From positions 356 through 64,355 of the forward strand of contig CAZBBE010000001.1 in assembly GCA_964489755.1 (NCBI GenBank): a DNA stretch of 64,000 nucleotides, given 5' to 3'. The notes under the pieces are model-generated. The model saw only the letters and a program-made list of their open reading frames with translations. It ran no database searches and was not told where the DNA came from. Both the position numbers and the translations under genes were made by a program. Positions 1 through 9,797 of this stretch are shown in pieces (position 1 is the first letter of the stretch; every line of letters starts with the position of its first letter). This DNA is from an uncultured bacterium. GTDB taxonomy: Bacteria; Fidelibacterota; Marinisomatia; Marinisomatales; AB-629-J13.

Positions 1-743
1 TTAGTGCGCAGTGTAACGGCCGCTTCATCATCGTAATATAATGAGTGCGTAAAGCCTAAAATCGCTGAAGCACCATTGTCCATATCTAATGCACGGCGGG
101 CACCAGACAGGTCAACAAGCATCATTTGTTTGTCTGTTTGACCTTTCCTCAAGTTAAATGTCCCTGACACGTTAAAGTTGTACGTTGTAAAGGCATTATC
201 CATGGTTGAGCCGATGAACGTAACGCTTTCTCCTACCGTTATACTTAATTGATCTGCCAGTTTTGAACTGATAAGTACATCATCTGTATTTTTAGGAAGT
301 TTGCCGCTCACAAGATGTCTTTCAAGCTCCCAAATCTCTACCTGCCGAGATCCATCGGAAAAAAAATCAATACCCAGTGCAATAACTGGACCCTGAGATT
401 TTGTCTCACCGTTTTCATCTGGGACATCCAAAAGCCCTGCGAAAGTGATCCGTGGTGTCCAAAAAAAATCCAGGTATTCCTGGTTTAGATCGTGGGTCAA
501 CTGGTCCGTATCCAATAAGGCTAGATCATTAGGCATAAGTTGGCTTTCTTCATTATAAGCACGGGTGGTGATTTTTTCATGGCCTGTTAATATGACAGCA
601 GTATCAAGAAAAAGGCCATTCATAGTACCTCTCATAAAACCAATTGCGAAAACAACCATAGCTATGGTAAGAGTAATAACCAAAACCGGAAAAAGACTTC
701 GGGAGCGATCCCGGAGCAACCCTTTGATTAAAAACTTGATCAT
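1..743 (-). CDS. ABC transporter permease, FtsX/MacB-LolCE type (partial; the 3' end lies left of the window)
   Basis: Absent from the ORF track because it has no stop inside the window. My translation from ATG 743..741 reads MIKFLIKGLLRDRSRSLFPVLVITLTIAMVVFAIGFMRGTMNG... I checked the frame codon by codon and it stays open to position 3. ATGA start/stop overlap with the upstream permease (stop 740..742). An N-terminal TM helix is followed by a long soluble loop, as in FtsX-family permeases. Confidence 0.7.
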   Translation of the reverse strand, partial: MIKFLIKGLLRDRSRSLFPVLVITLTIAMVVFAIGFMRGTMNGLFLDTAVILTGHEKITTRAYNEESQLMPNDLALLDTDQLTHDLNQEYLDFFWTPRITFAGLLDVPDENGETKSQGPVIALGIDFFSDGSRQVEIWELERHLVSGKLPKNTDDVLISSKLADQLSITVGESVTFIGSTMDNAFTTYNFNVSGTFNLRKGQTDKQMMLVDLSGARRALDMDNGASAILGFTHSLYYDDEAAVTLRT

Positions 744-1915
744 GCCATGGTCCTTCCCCGCAAGGCATCAGTGGGTTTCATCTTGGCAATACGGCGGGCA
801 GGGACATAGCTCACAATAAGGACAATGATGGATACAAGAACGGTGGTTGATAAAACAAGCCCAATAGTATAAACCGGTATCAGGCGCTTGGCCATAATCA
901 GGCCCATTTCTGTGTAATCAATGGGTAGAGGAATACCATACACACCAAAGTACCAGAGCATGGGACCGAAGAAAATTAATGTCGCCACAGCGGCCAAAAC
1001 CGCATTAAGGCCTCCCTCCAGGGTAAAAAGTCCTACCACGCGGGTGCGGGTCATTCCGATGGCCATGAGAGTACCAATCTCTTTCCCCCGACGAAAGATA
1101 GATAATACCTGGGCATTAAAGATCCCCATAGCAGCCAAGGCCAAGAGAATTATGTACATGACCTGGGCTCCTGGTTTGTCCGCTGCGATGATGGCTTCCA
1201 TGTCCTGCACCAAGTAGTTAATATCACGAGGGATCCAGTCACCTTTGTCTTTAACTGGCGGAAATCCTTTTTCATAGGTCACATAGGTAGCCTCTCCCTC
1301 CATGGCTAACATGGTCTGTGCTTTTTTAAGAGGTATCCAGATATGCCCCATATCCAGCTTGAAATTCTCCGTATCCATAATATGTACCACGGTCCCTTCA
1401 TCTGCATCATAGGTTCGGTCCGCATCCAGCCAGCGAATGGTAAAGGAATCTCCCACTTTTAATTTGGTGTCGCTGGCCATTCCTTTGCCAATCAGTACCG
1501 GCAAAGGAATATCATTATGTCCAACCAGTTTGGTTGTTGGCAAATTAACAATATTCTGTTCAGGGGGAATGCCCTTCATGATGGCTGGCATGATGCGGCC
1601 GCCGGGATAGATTGAAGCCTGGCTTACCAAAACCGGGAACGCTTTTTTCTGATCCACTATTGATCGCAGGTCCCGGGGCAAAACAGAGTGAGCATCTTCA
1701 AAGGTCATGGGATCTAGGGGGTCATATTCCGGGTGCCAGTAGGCCCCGCCGGCGATCTCTGTGTCCATGGTAACCTGTTTAGCATGTTGCAACATACCGT
1801 CGTACATGGCAGACATGAATAGTATCAGAAAAAATGAAAAGGCTGTTACAAGAACATTTAGAAAGGTGCGCAGTTTGGCTCCTAGTAAATTTTTTATGGC
1901 AATTTTAAAGAGCAT
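740..1915 (-). CDS. ABC transporter permease, FtsX/MacB-LolCE type
   Basis: 391 aa. N-terminus MLFKIAIKNLLGAKLRTFLNVLVTAF (TM1), then a roughly 220-aa periplasmic loop, then three C-terminal TM helices (…IFRRGKEIGTLMAIGMTRTRVVGLF…), which is the FtsX domain pattern. It lies 5 nt downstream of the ATPase gene. Confidence 0.85.
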   Translation of the reverse strand: MLFKIAIKNLLGAKLRTFLNVLVTAFSFFLILFMSAMYDGMLQHAKQVTMDTEIAGGAYWHPEYDPLDPMTFEDAHSVLPRDLRSIVDQKKAFPVLVSQASIYPGGRIMPAIMKGIPPEQNIVNLPTTKLVGHNDIPLPVLIGKGMASDTKLKVGDSFTIRWLDADRTYDADEGTVVHIMDTENFKLDMGHIWIPLKKAQTMLAMEGEATYVTYEKGFPPVKDKGDWIPRDINYLVQDMEAIIAADKPGAQVMYIILLALAAMGIFNAQVLSIFRRGKEIGTLMAIGMTRTRVVGLFTLEGGLNAVLAAVATLIFFGPMLWYFGVYGIPLPIDYTEMGLIMAKRLIPVYTIGLVLSTTVLVSIIVLIVSYVPARRIAKMKPTDALRGRTMA

Positions 1916-1920
1916 GACTA

Positions 1921-2631
1921 TTATCCGGGCTTGGGCTGGCTGATCAGTTCATCTTTCGTGATTTCGCCATCTTCAAGGTGAACAATCCGCCGGAGGTAGG
2001 CCATAATCTTTTCGTCATGGGTGGCAAAGACAAAGGAAGTGGAAAGTTCTTTGTTCAACCCCACCATGATCTGCATGATATGGTGAGAGTTTTCAGCGTC
2101 CAGGTTGGCAGTTGGTTCGTCTGCCAATATCAGTGCTGGTTTATGAACAATAGCTCTGGCAATGGCCGTCCGTTGACACTCGCCGCCGCTGAGCATTGCC
2201 GGGCGGGAGTCACGCTTATCGCTCAACCCTACCCATTCTATAGCCTTGGCTACTTTTTCCTCCCGTTCCTGGTGATCGACCCTGTTCAGGATCAGTGGAA
2301 GCTCTACATTTTCAAAAACCGTGTAGACAGGAAGTAAATTATAACTCTGGAAAATAAAACCCATATGCTCCCGTCTGAGCTTCGCCCGTTCGCCATGGGA
2401 GGTGTTATCTAATGCTTTTCCCAGTACGCTTACCTTCCCTTCGCTGGGGGAGTCTAACCCTCCGATAATATTTAGCAGGGTGGTCTTTCCAGAGCCGGAG
2501 GGACCAATGAGACCCATGAACTCTCCCTTTAAAAGAGTGAGGTCAATATCCTTAAGGGCAGTAAAAAAACCGCCCCCTACGGGAAAACGTTTTACAAGAT
2601 TCATGATGGTGATGACGGGGCTGTTTTGCAT
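1921..2631 (-). CDS. ABC transporter ATP-binding protein (MacB/LolD-like)
   Basis: Walker A GPSGSGKTT, Q-loop FQSYNLLP, signature LSGGECQR, Walker B LILADEPT, H-loop ATHD. Confidence 0.92.
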   Translation of the reverse strand: MQNSPVITIMNLVKRFPVGGGFFTALKDIDLTLLKGEFMGLIGPSGSGKTTLLNIIGGLDSPSEGKVSVLGKALDNTSHGERAKLRREHMGFIFQSYNLLPVYTVFENVELPLILNRVDHQEREEKVAKAIEWVGLSDKRDSRPAMLSGGECQRTAIARAIVHKPALILADEPTANLDAENSHHIMQIMVGLNKELSTSFVFATHDEKIMAYLRRIVHLEDGEITKDELISQPKPG

Positions 2632-2640
2632 TTTCTTTAC

Positions 2641-3693
2641 TTAATGGTTGTAAATAAACATAAATTGTAATCCGGTTCCAAATCCTGCTAAAGTGTTTGG
2701 TATTTCGATTGGTAGACACTTATCACGTTTTGGGCCAATAGACAATATGAAATTTAAACTATAATGATCATGGGTGCTGGTCCAGCGCAAATATTGATAT
2801 GTCTGTTTTTCCGTCCAGCCCATCTGAGTAATATACATGACCTGGTGAACCATCCCTACGGGGAGGCTGGCCATGAGAACCGTAAGGGTCTGTGAGGATG
2901 TGGAGTCATTTGCTTCGCTATAGACATGCATGGATTCCGTCATAACTAGAATTCCGTTGGCAATCGGGAGTGTGTAGTCTGCCCCGACTGTGACCATTCT
3001 GGTCTCTGACTCATTGGACATTATCATAGCGCTTTCATTCCAGAATCCAATAAATCCATCATATCGGTAGTCAAAGGCAACTCGCTGATGCGGGGGTGTG
3101 TTCCTATGATAGGTGAGTCCCCACTCCCCCCGATTTGTTGAAAGCTCTGCCCGTCCACCATAGGATAGAGTGTCTTGATCATTGTTGATCGTCCAGGACC
3201 ACACAGACAAAGTATTGGAGGGGTACCATCGCAGCCTGAATGCTTCCACGCCATCCGTTTGCCCTGTGGGATCCTTCAAGTCAATGGTATCAAACCAGGA
3301 TAGTGAGCGTAAAACCTGAGATGGTCCAAAAACAATTTTCTGCAGGCCCAGACGGACCTCAAGTTTTTTGCTGGAATAACGTATCCAGTAGCGCTGGAAA
3401 TCCTCGGTATTGTTTATTAGAGAATTGCCTGAATACGTGCGATCTAATCGATAACTTAGTTCCATGTCTAATAATTGGTTATTGGATAATTCCTGTAATA
3501 CAGAAAGGGTGGGAATGTATCCTATGGTCGACTCAAGCGGTGATTGACCGTTTGGCACATCATTCCCGGTCAGGCTGCTTGTCCAAAACTGGCCCTTGGT
3601 TGAAATGGACTGTGCGGTAATTGTTATTGGTGGGATTAGCAATATTAATACCAATATCATAAATAAGGCACTTATATTATTTGTATAATACAA
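2641..3693 (-). CDS. uncharacterised secreted protein, predicted outer-membrane beta-barrel
   Basis: 350 aa. Hydrophobic signal-like N-terminus (…LILLIPPITITAQS). Long runs of alternating hydrophobic/polar residues rich in Y/W/T/S/G, and an aromatic-rich C-terminus (LQFMFIYNH). It ends 9 nt upstream of the ABC ATPase start. No family recognised. Confidence 0.4.
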   Translation of the reverse strand: MYYTNNISALFMILVLILLIPPITITAQSISTKGQFWTSSLTGNDVPNGQSPLESTIGYIPTLSVLQELSNNQLLDMELSYRLDRTYSGNSLINNTEDFQRYWIRYSSKKLEVRLGLQKIVFGPSQVLRSLSWFDTIDLKDPTGQTDGVEAFRLRWYPSNTLSVWSWTINNDQDTLSYGGRAELSTNRGEWGLTYHRNTPPHQRVAFDYRYDGFIGFWNESAMIMSNESETRMVTVGADYTLPIANGILVMTESMHVYSEANDSTSSQTLTVLMASLPVGMVHQVMYITQMGWTEKQTYQYLRWTSTHDHYSLNFILSIGPKRDKCLPIEIPNTLAGFGTGLQFMFIYNH

Positions 3694-3800
3694 AGAATTG
3701 TTCAGGTGGACTTTTTCTGTTAATTATGGAAGTTATGATGATAGGGGGTCTTTTTGTGTGACTGAAGTTATAAGAAAGTGTGGGGGTGTGTTCGTACGGT

Positions 3801-4571
3801 TTAGTCTACAGCCCATTGCAGGTCCAGCAAGGGTAGGGTATGAGCGTGAGCAATGTTGTCGTTTGGATAGCCATCAGGGTAGAGTCCATAGATCAGCTTA
3901 TACCCAAAGGAAACTTGAAACTTTGAGGATTTTTTCCAGGTTAACATCCCTTTATGTTCTAATGCAAAATATCCTTTCATTCCTGGGATTAACAAAAGGT
4001 CACCGTCAACCAAATAATTCCATTTTTCTCCTAATTGTCCATTTAAATCTGAACCAAATCTCAACAGCCATCCATTATAATAAACAGCCATCCTGTGATA
4101 AACCAGCGGAAGGTCAATGGTTGATTCTATGGCTAAATCTGCTCCGCTAAGCGCCAGCGCAATCCCGGCTTTTGCTGTTAGGGTTTTTCTGTGATCCAAC
4201 GGTTTACTTACCAACACCATGTTCCATAGTGATAACAGGTGTGGAATTTCAAACTCCGGTGAAATCATTCCGCCAATGCCCTCCTTCGTCACTATTTTTA
4301 ATAAAGGCGTTGGGTAGTACAGCGAATGGGTCGTTGATATAGTCCAACTGTTGGGCTGACCCCAGCGCTGCTTAATGGTCACACCAGGCATGAGTAGGCT
4401 AGTCAGCTTGTAAAAGGAAATTTCTCTGTTTTCATTTTGTCCCCAGCGCACCGGCTGAAAAAGTCCAATTTCCCAGCGCCCTTTTGGTAGCGTGTGTGCC
4501 GTTCCCGGCAACCATTCCCCTTGAGCAAACACCTGGCTAAAAATAATAGTTGTGATAAGAATACTTTTCAT
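3801..4571 (-). CDS. uncharacterised secreted/outer-membrane protein
   Basis: 256 aa. Clear signal peptide MKSILITTIIFSQVFAQ. Beta-strand-like alternation (FQVSFGYKLIYGLY, GIALALSGADLAIESTIDL). 4-nt overlap with the upstream EEP gene. No family recognised. Confidence 0.4.
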   Translation of the reverse strand: MKSILITTIIFSQVFAQGEWLPGTAHTLPKGRWEIGLFQPVRWGQNENREISFYKLTSLLMPGVTIKQRWGQPNSWTISTTHSLYYPTPLLKIVTKEGIGGMISPEFEIPHLLSLWNMVLVSKPLDHRKTLTAKAGIALALSGADLAIESTIDLPLVYHRMAVYYNGWLLRFGSDLNGQLGEKWNYLVDGDLLLIPGMKGYFALEHKGMLTWKKSSKFQVSFGYKLIYGLYPDGYPNDNIAHAHTLPLLDLQWAVD

Positions 4572-5674
4572 TGTCCTAAAATGATGGACACGCTCACTGG
4601 TGCATGGTCTGATAGCTGCCTGGATTCCACGGCATCCTGGTGGGTTTGACCCGTCTCGGAAACAATTTCCTGATTCGTAAAAATGTAATCCAATTTACGG
4701 TCCAGCTCCCTATCCCAAGATGTGCTGTGAGTATTGTGGGTAGATGTCACCGCATCTGCTAACGAAATTGCTGTATTATAGGTATTATACAGCGGTTGCA
4801 GTAATACTGGCTCATCTTCAAAATTATTGAAATAACTGCCCTCCAAGTGTGGCCCACCATCCTCGGCTGTGTGAAGTATGTCATCTTCACAGGCATCCTC
4901 AACGCAGAAATCTATTTCCGCTCCAGGGGGCACAGAGTTCAAATCTCCAGCAGCAACAAAAACGTATCCCGCTTCATCAATTTCATCAAGAACCTCACTG
5001 AATTTATCAATATGCCTTTGTTTTGTATCATCGGTAGCAAAAGCAGTGGCGTGAGTGTTAATCGCATAAAAGTTGTCTTGACCCTGGATCGCAATTTTTG
5101 CTTTTAGCGCATTCCGACGCAGGTAAAACATTTGAGTCAAGGCGTCCTGATCTGTTCTTAGGGGTAACTGAATGCGTTCAGCTGTTTCAATCTCCCATTT
5201 GCTCATAACCACATTCCCAGCATCAATGCGACCAATGCCATCGCTGGGAATTACCTGTGCTTTCCACATAGAGGCATAGGCGGCATAATTCATTTCTGTA
5301 TGGTTCAACAGCCATTGCACTTGGTCAATGTATTGTGTGCGCTTAGATTCTATGTCTACCTCTTGTAATAAAATAATATCCGGACCAATGGCGTCAATTT
5401 CTGCAGCAACAAGCTCCAACATATTCAATACTTCACCCTCAGTAAAAATAGAGCGGTCACCGCAAGAGTCGCCAAAAAACGGAAGGCGTCCAATACCAAA
5501 ACGAATATTCCATGTCATGACCCTTACGCTGCCCTCGGGTGCCGGGGCAGTAATAAAATTTTTAGCTTCGTACATAATAGCGTCTTCCACAACATCGAAT
5601 GTGGTTACCAGTGGTTCGCATGAAAACGTGATCCATGCTATAGTTAAATAAGTTATTCTATTTATTTTTTTCAT
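4568..5674 (-). CDS. endonuclease/exonuclease/phosphatase (EEP) family protein, probable lipoprotein
   Basis: EEP motifs VMTWNIRFG, ILLQEVD, INTHATA, GDLNS, LSDHAPVSV. I prefer the internal start MKKINRITYLTIAWITFSC (lipobox-like ITFSC) at 5674 over the ORF-track start at 5740, which would run 83 nt into the upstream gene. Confidence 0.75.
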   Translation of the reverse strand: MKKINRITYLTIAWITFSCEPLVTTFDVVEDAIMYEAKNFITAPAPEGSVRVMTWNIRFGIGRLPFFGDSCGDRSIFTEGEVLNMLELVAAEIDAIGPDIILLQEVDIESKRTQYIDQVQWLLNHTEMNYAAYASMWKAQVIPSDGIGRIDAGNVVMSKWEIETAERIQLPLRTDQDALTQMFYLRRNALKAKIAIQGQDNFYAINTHATAFATDDTKQRHIDKFSEVLDEIDEAGYVFVAAGDLNSVPPGAEIDFCVEDACEDDILHTAEDGGPHLEGSYFNNFEDEPVLLQPLYNTYNTAISLADAVTSTHNTHSTSWDRELDRKLDYIFTNQEIVSETGQTHQDAVESRQLSDHAPVSVSIILGQ

Positions 5675-6404
5675 TTTTATTGAGAAAATAAAAGGGTGAG
5701 TAGGCCAGAAAAAAATGGAATATCGCCACAAATTCAGCACTTAAAATATACCATGGCCATGGTCCCATAAAATCCAAAATGGAGGGAACATGTTCTCCCG
5801 TAGGTGTTGTGGGTTTCCCGCAAATCCAGAAATAGTTCGCATCCAAAATTAGGTTCGCAATCACAGCTAAAATTAAGAATATATTCAAAGCAACAAACGA
5901 TTTCCATAAACTGTGTATTGTGGGTCTCATTCTAAACACAACTACAGCATAAATAAGGGCAAGAATGATTCCGTTGTGCCCAACCCAAAATCTAAAATAA
6001 TGAAAATGGGGGAAACCGGCAGAAATGTCCGGAGTGATGGCTCCCTGAAGAGAGCCGCTCAGACCCCAGAAAAACAATATTTCGAATGTAAGAAAATGCT
6101 GTTTTACCATAACCAGCGGAATTAAGAGACTAGAAACACGGCACAGGTGAACAGGGAGGTGGAGTGACACATCAAACGAACCTGCAATGATTTCCAGCAT
6201 AACCCAGGCCGGGTAGTTTAACATGACAATATATCCGATAATCATGCCAAGATTATTTTGAGATTTTCTGTTCAAATATCTTACAGAAATCCAAGGAATA
6301 ATTACAATTAATAAAGCTGAGATCGTTAAGCCCCAAAAATGGTCCGATCCAAACACTTCAAATGATGTATCATTATACAAATAATGGTGTATGGTTTCTC
6401 TCAT
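5658..6404 (-). CDS. integral membrane protein, TIGR02206/YwaF (TMEM164-like) family
   Basis: 248 aa with about 7 TM helices. The pattern HLPVHLCRVSSLLIPLVMV … GFPHFHYFRFWVGHNGIIL resembles the YwaF/TP0381 family. The assignment is from memory of the family pattern. Confidence 0.55.
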   Translation of the reverse strand: MRETIHHYLYNDTSFEVFGSDHFWGLTISALLIVIIPWISVRYLNRKSQNNLGMIIGYIVMLNYPAWVMLEIIAGSFDVSLHLPVHLCRVSSLLIPLVMVKQHFLTFEILFFWGLSGSLQGAITPDISAGFPHFHYFRFWVGHNGIILALIYAVVVFRMRPTIHSLWKSFVALNIFLILAVIANLILDANYFWICGKPTTPTGEHVPSILDFMGPWPWYILSAEFVAIFHFFLAYSPFYFLNKNEKNK

Positions 6405-6457
6405 ATTATTGTATGGTACAAGTGTTTACAGTAGGGGGGATAATAAAAATAGGGCGG

Positions 6458-7423
6458 TTACTCCACACTCATTATTTGATCCAGTAAGTCATTATCGTCC
6501 GGTAGTAGCTCTGATGGTACAATTCTTGGTGTCATTGTTTTTAATTCTGGAGCTTTCTGAAAAACATCCCGGAACATTGGCAGGGCTTCCTCAAGCTTTC
6601 CTCTCCCTGCCAAAGTAACAGCGGTCCAGTATTTTAATTCTGGGTTTTCGGGATAGAGGCTTGATGAAAGATTGTATTCCACAAGGGCACTCTCCACGTT
6701 TCCGGTTTCCATATAATAATCACCCTTGTTGGCGTGACGATATGCCCTGTGAATTCGTATCAATCGCTTGAGTTGTTTCAGGGGCTCTGGGTGGTCTTCA
6801 ACCCGTAAGTCCAAGACAGTGTCCTTCCATGGAATGCCTGTTGGGTTTCCAGAAACAATAAGCATTGACGCAGACTGTTTCCCTCTCAGGTCACCACCCT
6901 CCGCCTGTGCTGTTTCCAGAGCTGCCATCATTCGCTCCGCTAAATCACCATCCGTCATTTCAAAAGTCATTGCCATAAGAGGCCACACTGTTGGAGATGC
7001 CATAATGTTCGCCTGAACTGTAAAATTATTACCGGTTTTATGCCCTGCAAACTCAATACATTTTTTACCGGTGTGTACTGCAACATTTCCCCTGGCATCT
7101 ACCATGCCTACCTGCCTGACAGCTCTTCCTGGGTCTTTTGAAACAAGAGAATCCAGCGCACCCTGTGCTGTCAGGCCTTTTTCCATAAGTTCTAATCCTT
7201 CGGGCCCATATTCTATTTTTACAAAGGACTGGGTCGCCACTGCGCCAACGCCCGCTTTTGCCCAAGGGACAATTGACCCCACAGAAAACCAGTGGCTTTG
7301 AACTGCAACACCCAACTCTCCTGTTTTTTCATCGTACGCTACTATGGAATAGGTAGAAACCGGTCGGTGCTGGGAATAAAGAACGGTTGTGAACAAAATT
7401 AAAATGGTTTTTAGAATTTTCAT
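6458..7423 (-). CDS. DUF1028 (Ntn-hydrolase-fold) domain protein with a C-terminal TPR-like tail
   Basis: Signal peptide, then TYSIVAYDEKTGELGVAVQSHWFSVGSIVPWAKAGVGAVATQSF, the characteristic DUF1028 N-terminus (Thr/Ser directly after the leader). The C-terminal region, about 100 aa, is helical-repeat-like. Confidence 0.7.
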   Translation of the reverse strand: MKILKTILILFTTVLYSQHRPVSTYSIVAYDEKTGELGVAVQSHWFSVGSIVPWAKAGVGAVATQSFVKIEYGPEGLELMEKGLTAQGALDSLVSKDPGRAVRQVGMVDARGNVAVHTGKKCIEFAGHKTGNNFTVQANIMASPTVWPLMAMTFEMTDGDLAERMMAALETAQAEGGDLRGKQSASMLIVSGNPTGIPWKDTVLDLRVEDHPEPLKQLKRLIRIHRAYRHANKGDYYMETGNVESALVEYNLSSSLYPENPELKYWTAVTLAGRGKLEEALPMFRDVFQKAPELKTMTPRIVPSELLPDDNDLLDQIMSVE

Positions 7424-7442
7424 TTTTAAATCTCTCCTTGTT

Positions 7443-9791
7443 TTATTCGATTATAATCTCATCGGAAAAAATCCATGCCTTTCCGCCTGAGCCGGGATGC
7501 CAGTCGGGACACACTTTACGGTTTTGTGCTTGAATTCTAATATATCTACACAGTTCGCTAATACCTGAAAAATCAGCAGTTCTTCGCTCTGGTGGGGAAT
7601 CGGGGGGGGCTTCTGTTAATTGGATAATTTTCTCATTTTTAAATTGTTTGTCTTCAATAGAAAACGAGACCGCTATGTGTATCGGCAGGAATATCCATGA
7701 ACCGACAGACTCTAAAAACCCCGCAGAAATTTTTGAAATTAACGTTCGCTCCCCAAGATCAAGAATCACGTCCATATCGTCACCCTCCCAGCCCTGCCAG
7801 TATCCATCATTATAGTGTGCTGTACCAATCAGCCCATCCACAAGGTTTATTTGTCCCTTTCCTGAATATTTTCGCTTATGTGGAACCAAATATTCAACAG
7901 GTTTTCCTACGGCCTTGTGAAAATAAAATGTCTTTTCAGAAATTTTTCCTGACTGTTTTCCATCTATGAAAAGGGCGGCCTTTACCGGGGTTGTTTTTTT
8001 AATAGAAATTGTATGTTGAAACCTTGGAGAGGAAATAGAGGGATCTGTTCCGTCCACTGTAAAATGAATGGGGTTTCCTGGTTTTTCAGAAGAAAGGTCA
8101 ATCTTGAACGTTGATCTGTCTGTTTTGGGGCTGGCCTGAATTGAAACGATGAATGACCCCGGTGCGTAGGTCCAATCCAAAACATCAAACCGTTCTTGAA
8201 GTTTAATAAGCCTTCCATAAAAGTCGTCATAATCCCGAAAATTCTTTGGAGACCAAACAACTTCAGCTAGTGCGGTCATCCGAGGAAGAGTGCGATATTG
8301 TGCTCTTTCGTTGGTTTTCACATATTCTGTCCACAGGTTTCCCTGTGCACCTAAAATGTGTTCTGATTCCTCCTCGTTCAGTTCTTCTGGGACAGGATTA
8401 AAGGAATACACTTTTTTTAATGTTGTGAAGCCACCGATGGCTTCCGGGGAGGTTTCGGGGTCTGCCTGATAATAATCAAAATAACAATGTGATGTAGGGC
8501 ACATAATGACATCGTGCCCCTGTCTGGCTGATTCTACACCACCCTTTGTCCCTCTCCAGCTCATGACAGTAGCTTCGTCTGCCAGTCCACCCTCTAATAT
8601 TTCATCCCAGCCCACCAATTTTTTATTCTTTGAAACAAGAAACTTCTCGATCTTTTGAATAAACCAGCTCTGAAGCTCCTGTTCGTCCTTTAGGTCTTCT
8701 TTCCTTATTCTATTTTGACATTTTTGACATTTCTTCCAGTTGGTTTTATCTGCCTCATCGCCGCCAATGTGAATGTATGGTCCCGGGAATAACTCAACAA
8801 CCTCTGATAAAACATTTTCTATAAATGCGAAAACCTCATCATTTCCAGCACAAAATATGTCCACATTGGGCCAGTAGGACCCAGGAACAACATCTAGCGT
8901 GTCGCCCTTACATGAAAGTTCAGGATAGGCGGCAAACACTTCGGATGTATGTCCCGGCATTTCTATTTCCGGAATTACCGTAATATAACGATCGTCAGCA
9001 TATTGGATGACCTCCTTAACCTCATCTTTTGTATAAAACCCGCCATAACTTGCTTTTTCATTAGCCTGAACAGGGGACCATTCCTTCCAGTTTTCGTGTT
9101 CTCTGTCCACCCTCCAGGCAGACTTTTCGGTGAGTTCCGGGTAGCGGTCAATTTCAATTCGCCAGCCGTTGTCATCAGTCAAGTGCCAGTGAAAAACATT
9201 CATTTTATGAATGGCTATCATATCAAGATAGGTTTTAATAAACTCCACGTCAAAAAAATGGCGGGATACATCTAAGTGCATCCCTCTATATCCGAACCGA
9301 GGATAGTCTTCAATCTCAACACATGGAATAGTGGGGCTTTGGGGCTCAATTCCTTTCTCCAGTTCTGGCGGTAATAGTTGGCGCAAAGATTGAAATCCAT
9401 AAAATAATCCTGCGGCTGATGGGGCCTCAATTAAAATCCTTTTTGAGAAAATTGAAAGATTGTACCCTTCCTTATTTTCACTGACTTTAGAATTTATGTT
9501 CAATTCAATTCGCCCTTTTCCTTTTTGAATGTTGGGTGCTATTTCTATATCGATAGCGGGGGAGAGTAGGGTTTTAATTTCGTCTGCTATAAAACGTGTT
9601 TCTGGTGTATCCGGGTGGATAAGGATATGACTAAATGTTTGAAGCGTGACACTGTCTTTAGGTATTTTCACTGACACTGGTTTTGGGATTAGTGAGGTGG
9701 TTGTTTCAGTGTTTTGGGAGCACTCTTTAATCACAGTAAAACATCCCATAAATACAACACACAAAGGAAGGCTGTAATAAAAAAATTTCAA
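7443..9791 (-). CDS. beta-N-acetylhexosaminidase (GH20) with a C-terminal discoidin/F5-F8-type-C-like domain
   Basis: GH20 core motifs RGMHLDVSRHF, HWHLTDDNGWRIEI, IPEIEMPGH, IHIGGDE, W. The C-terminal region, about 150 aa (…RYIRIQAQN…AWIFSDEIIIE), looks like a carbohydrate-binding discoidin domain. The N-terminus has a signal/lipobox-like VFMGC. Confidence 0.88.
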   Translation of the reverse strand: MKFFYYSLPLCVVFMGCFTVIKECSQNTETTTSLIPKPVSVKIPKDSVTLQTFSHILIHPDTPETRFIADEIKTLLSPAIDIEIAPNIQKGKGRIELNINSKVSENKEGYNLSIFSKRILIEAPSAAGLFYGFQSLRQLLPPELEKGIEPQSPTIPCVEIEDYPRFGYRGMHLDVSRHFFDVEFIKTYLDMIAIHKMNVFHWHLTDDNGWRIEIDRYPELTEKSAWRVDREHENWKEWSPVQANEKASYGGFYTKDEVKEVIQYADDRYITVIPEIEMPGHTSEVFAAYPELSCKGDTLDVVPGSYWPNVDIFCAGNDEVFAFIENVLSEVVELFPGPYIHIGGDEADKTNWKKCQKCQNRIRKEDLKDEQELQSWFIQKIEKFLVSKNKKLVGWDEILEGGLADEATVMSWRGTKGGVESARQGHDVIMCPTSHCYFDYYQADPETSPEAIGGFTTLKKVYSFNPVPEELNEEESEHILGAQGNLWTEYVKTNERAQYRTLPRMTALAEVVWSPKNFRDYDDFYGRLIKLQERFDVLDWTYAPGSFIVSIQASPKTDRSTFKIDLSSEKPGNPIHFTVDGTDPSISSPRFQHTISIKKTTPVKAALFIDGKQSGKISEKTFYFHKAVGKPVEYLVPHKRKYSGKGQINLVDGLIGTAHYNDGYWQGWEGDDMDVILDLGERTLISKISAGFLESVGSWIFLPIHIAVSFSIEDKQFKNEKIIQLTEAPPDSPPERRTADFSGISELCRYIRIQAQNRKVCPDWHPGSGGKAWIFSDEIIIE

Positions 9792-9797
9792 ATAAAA

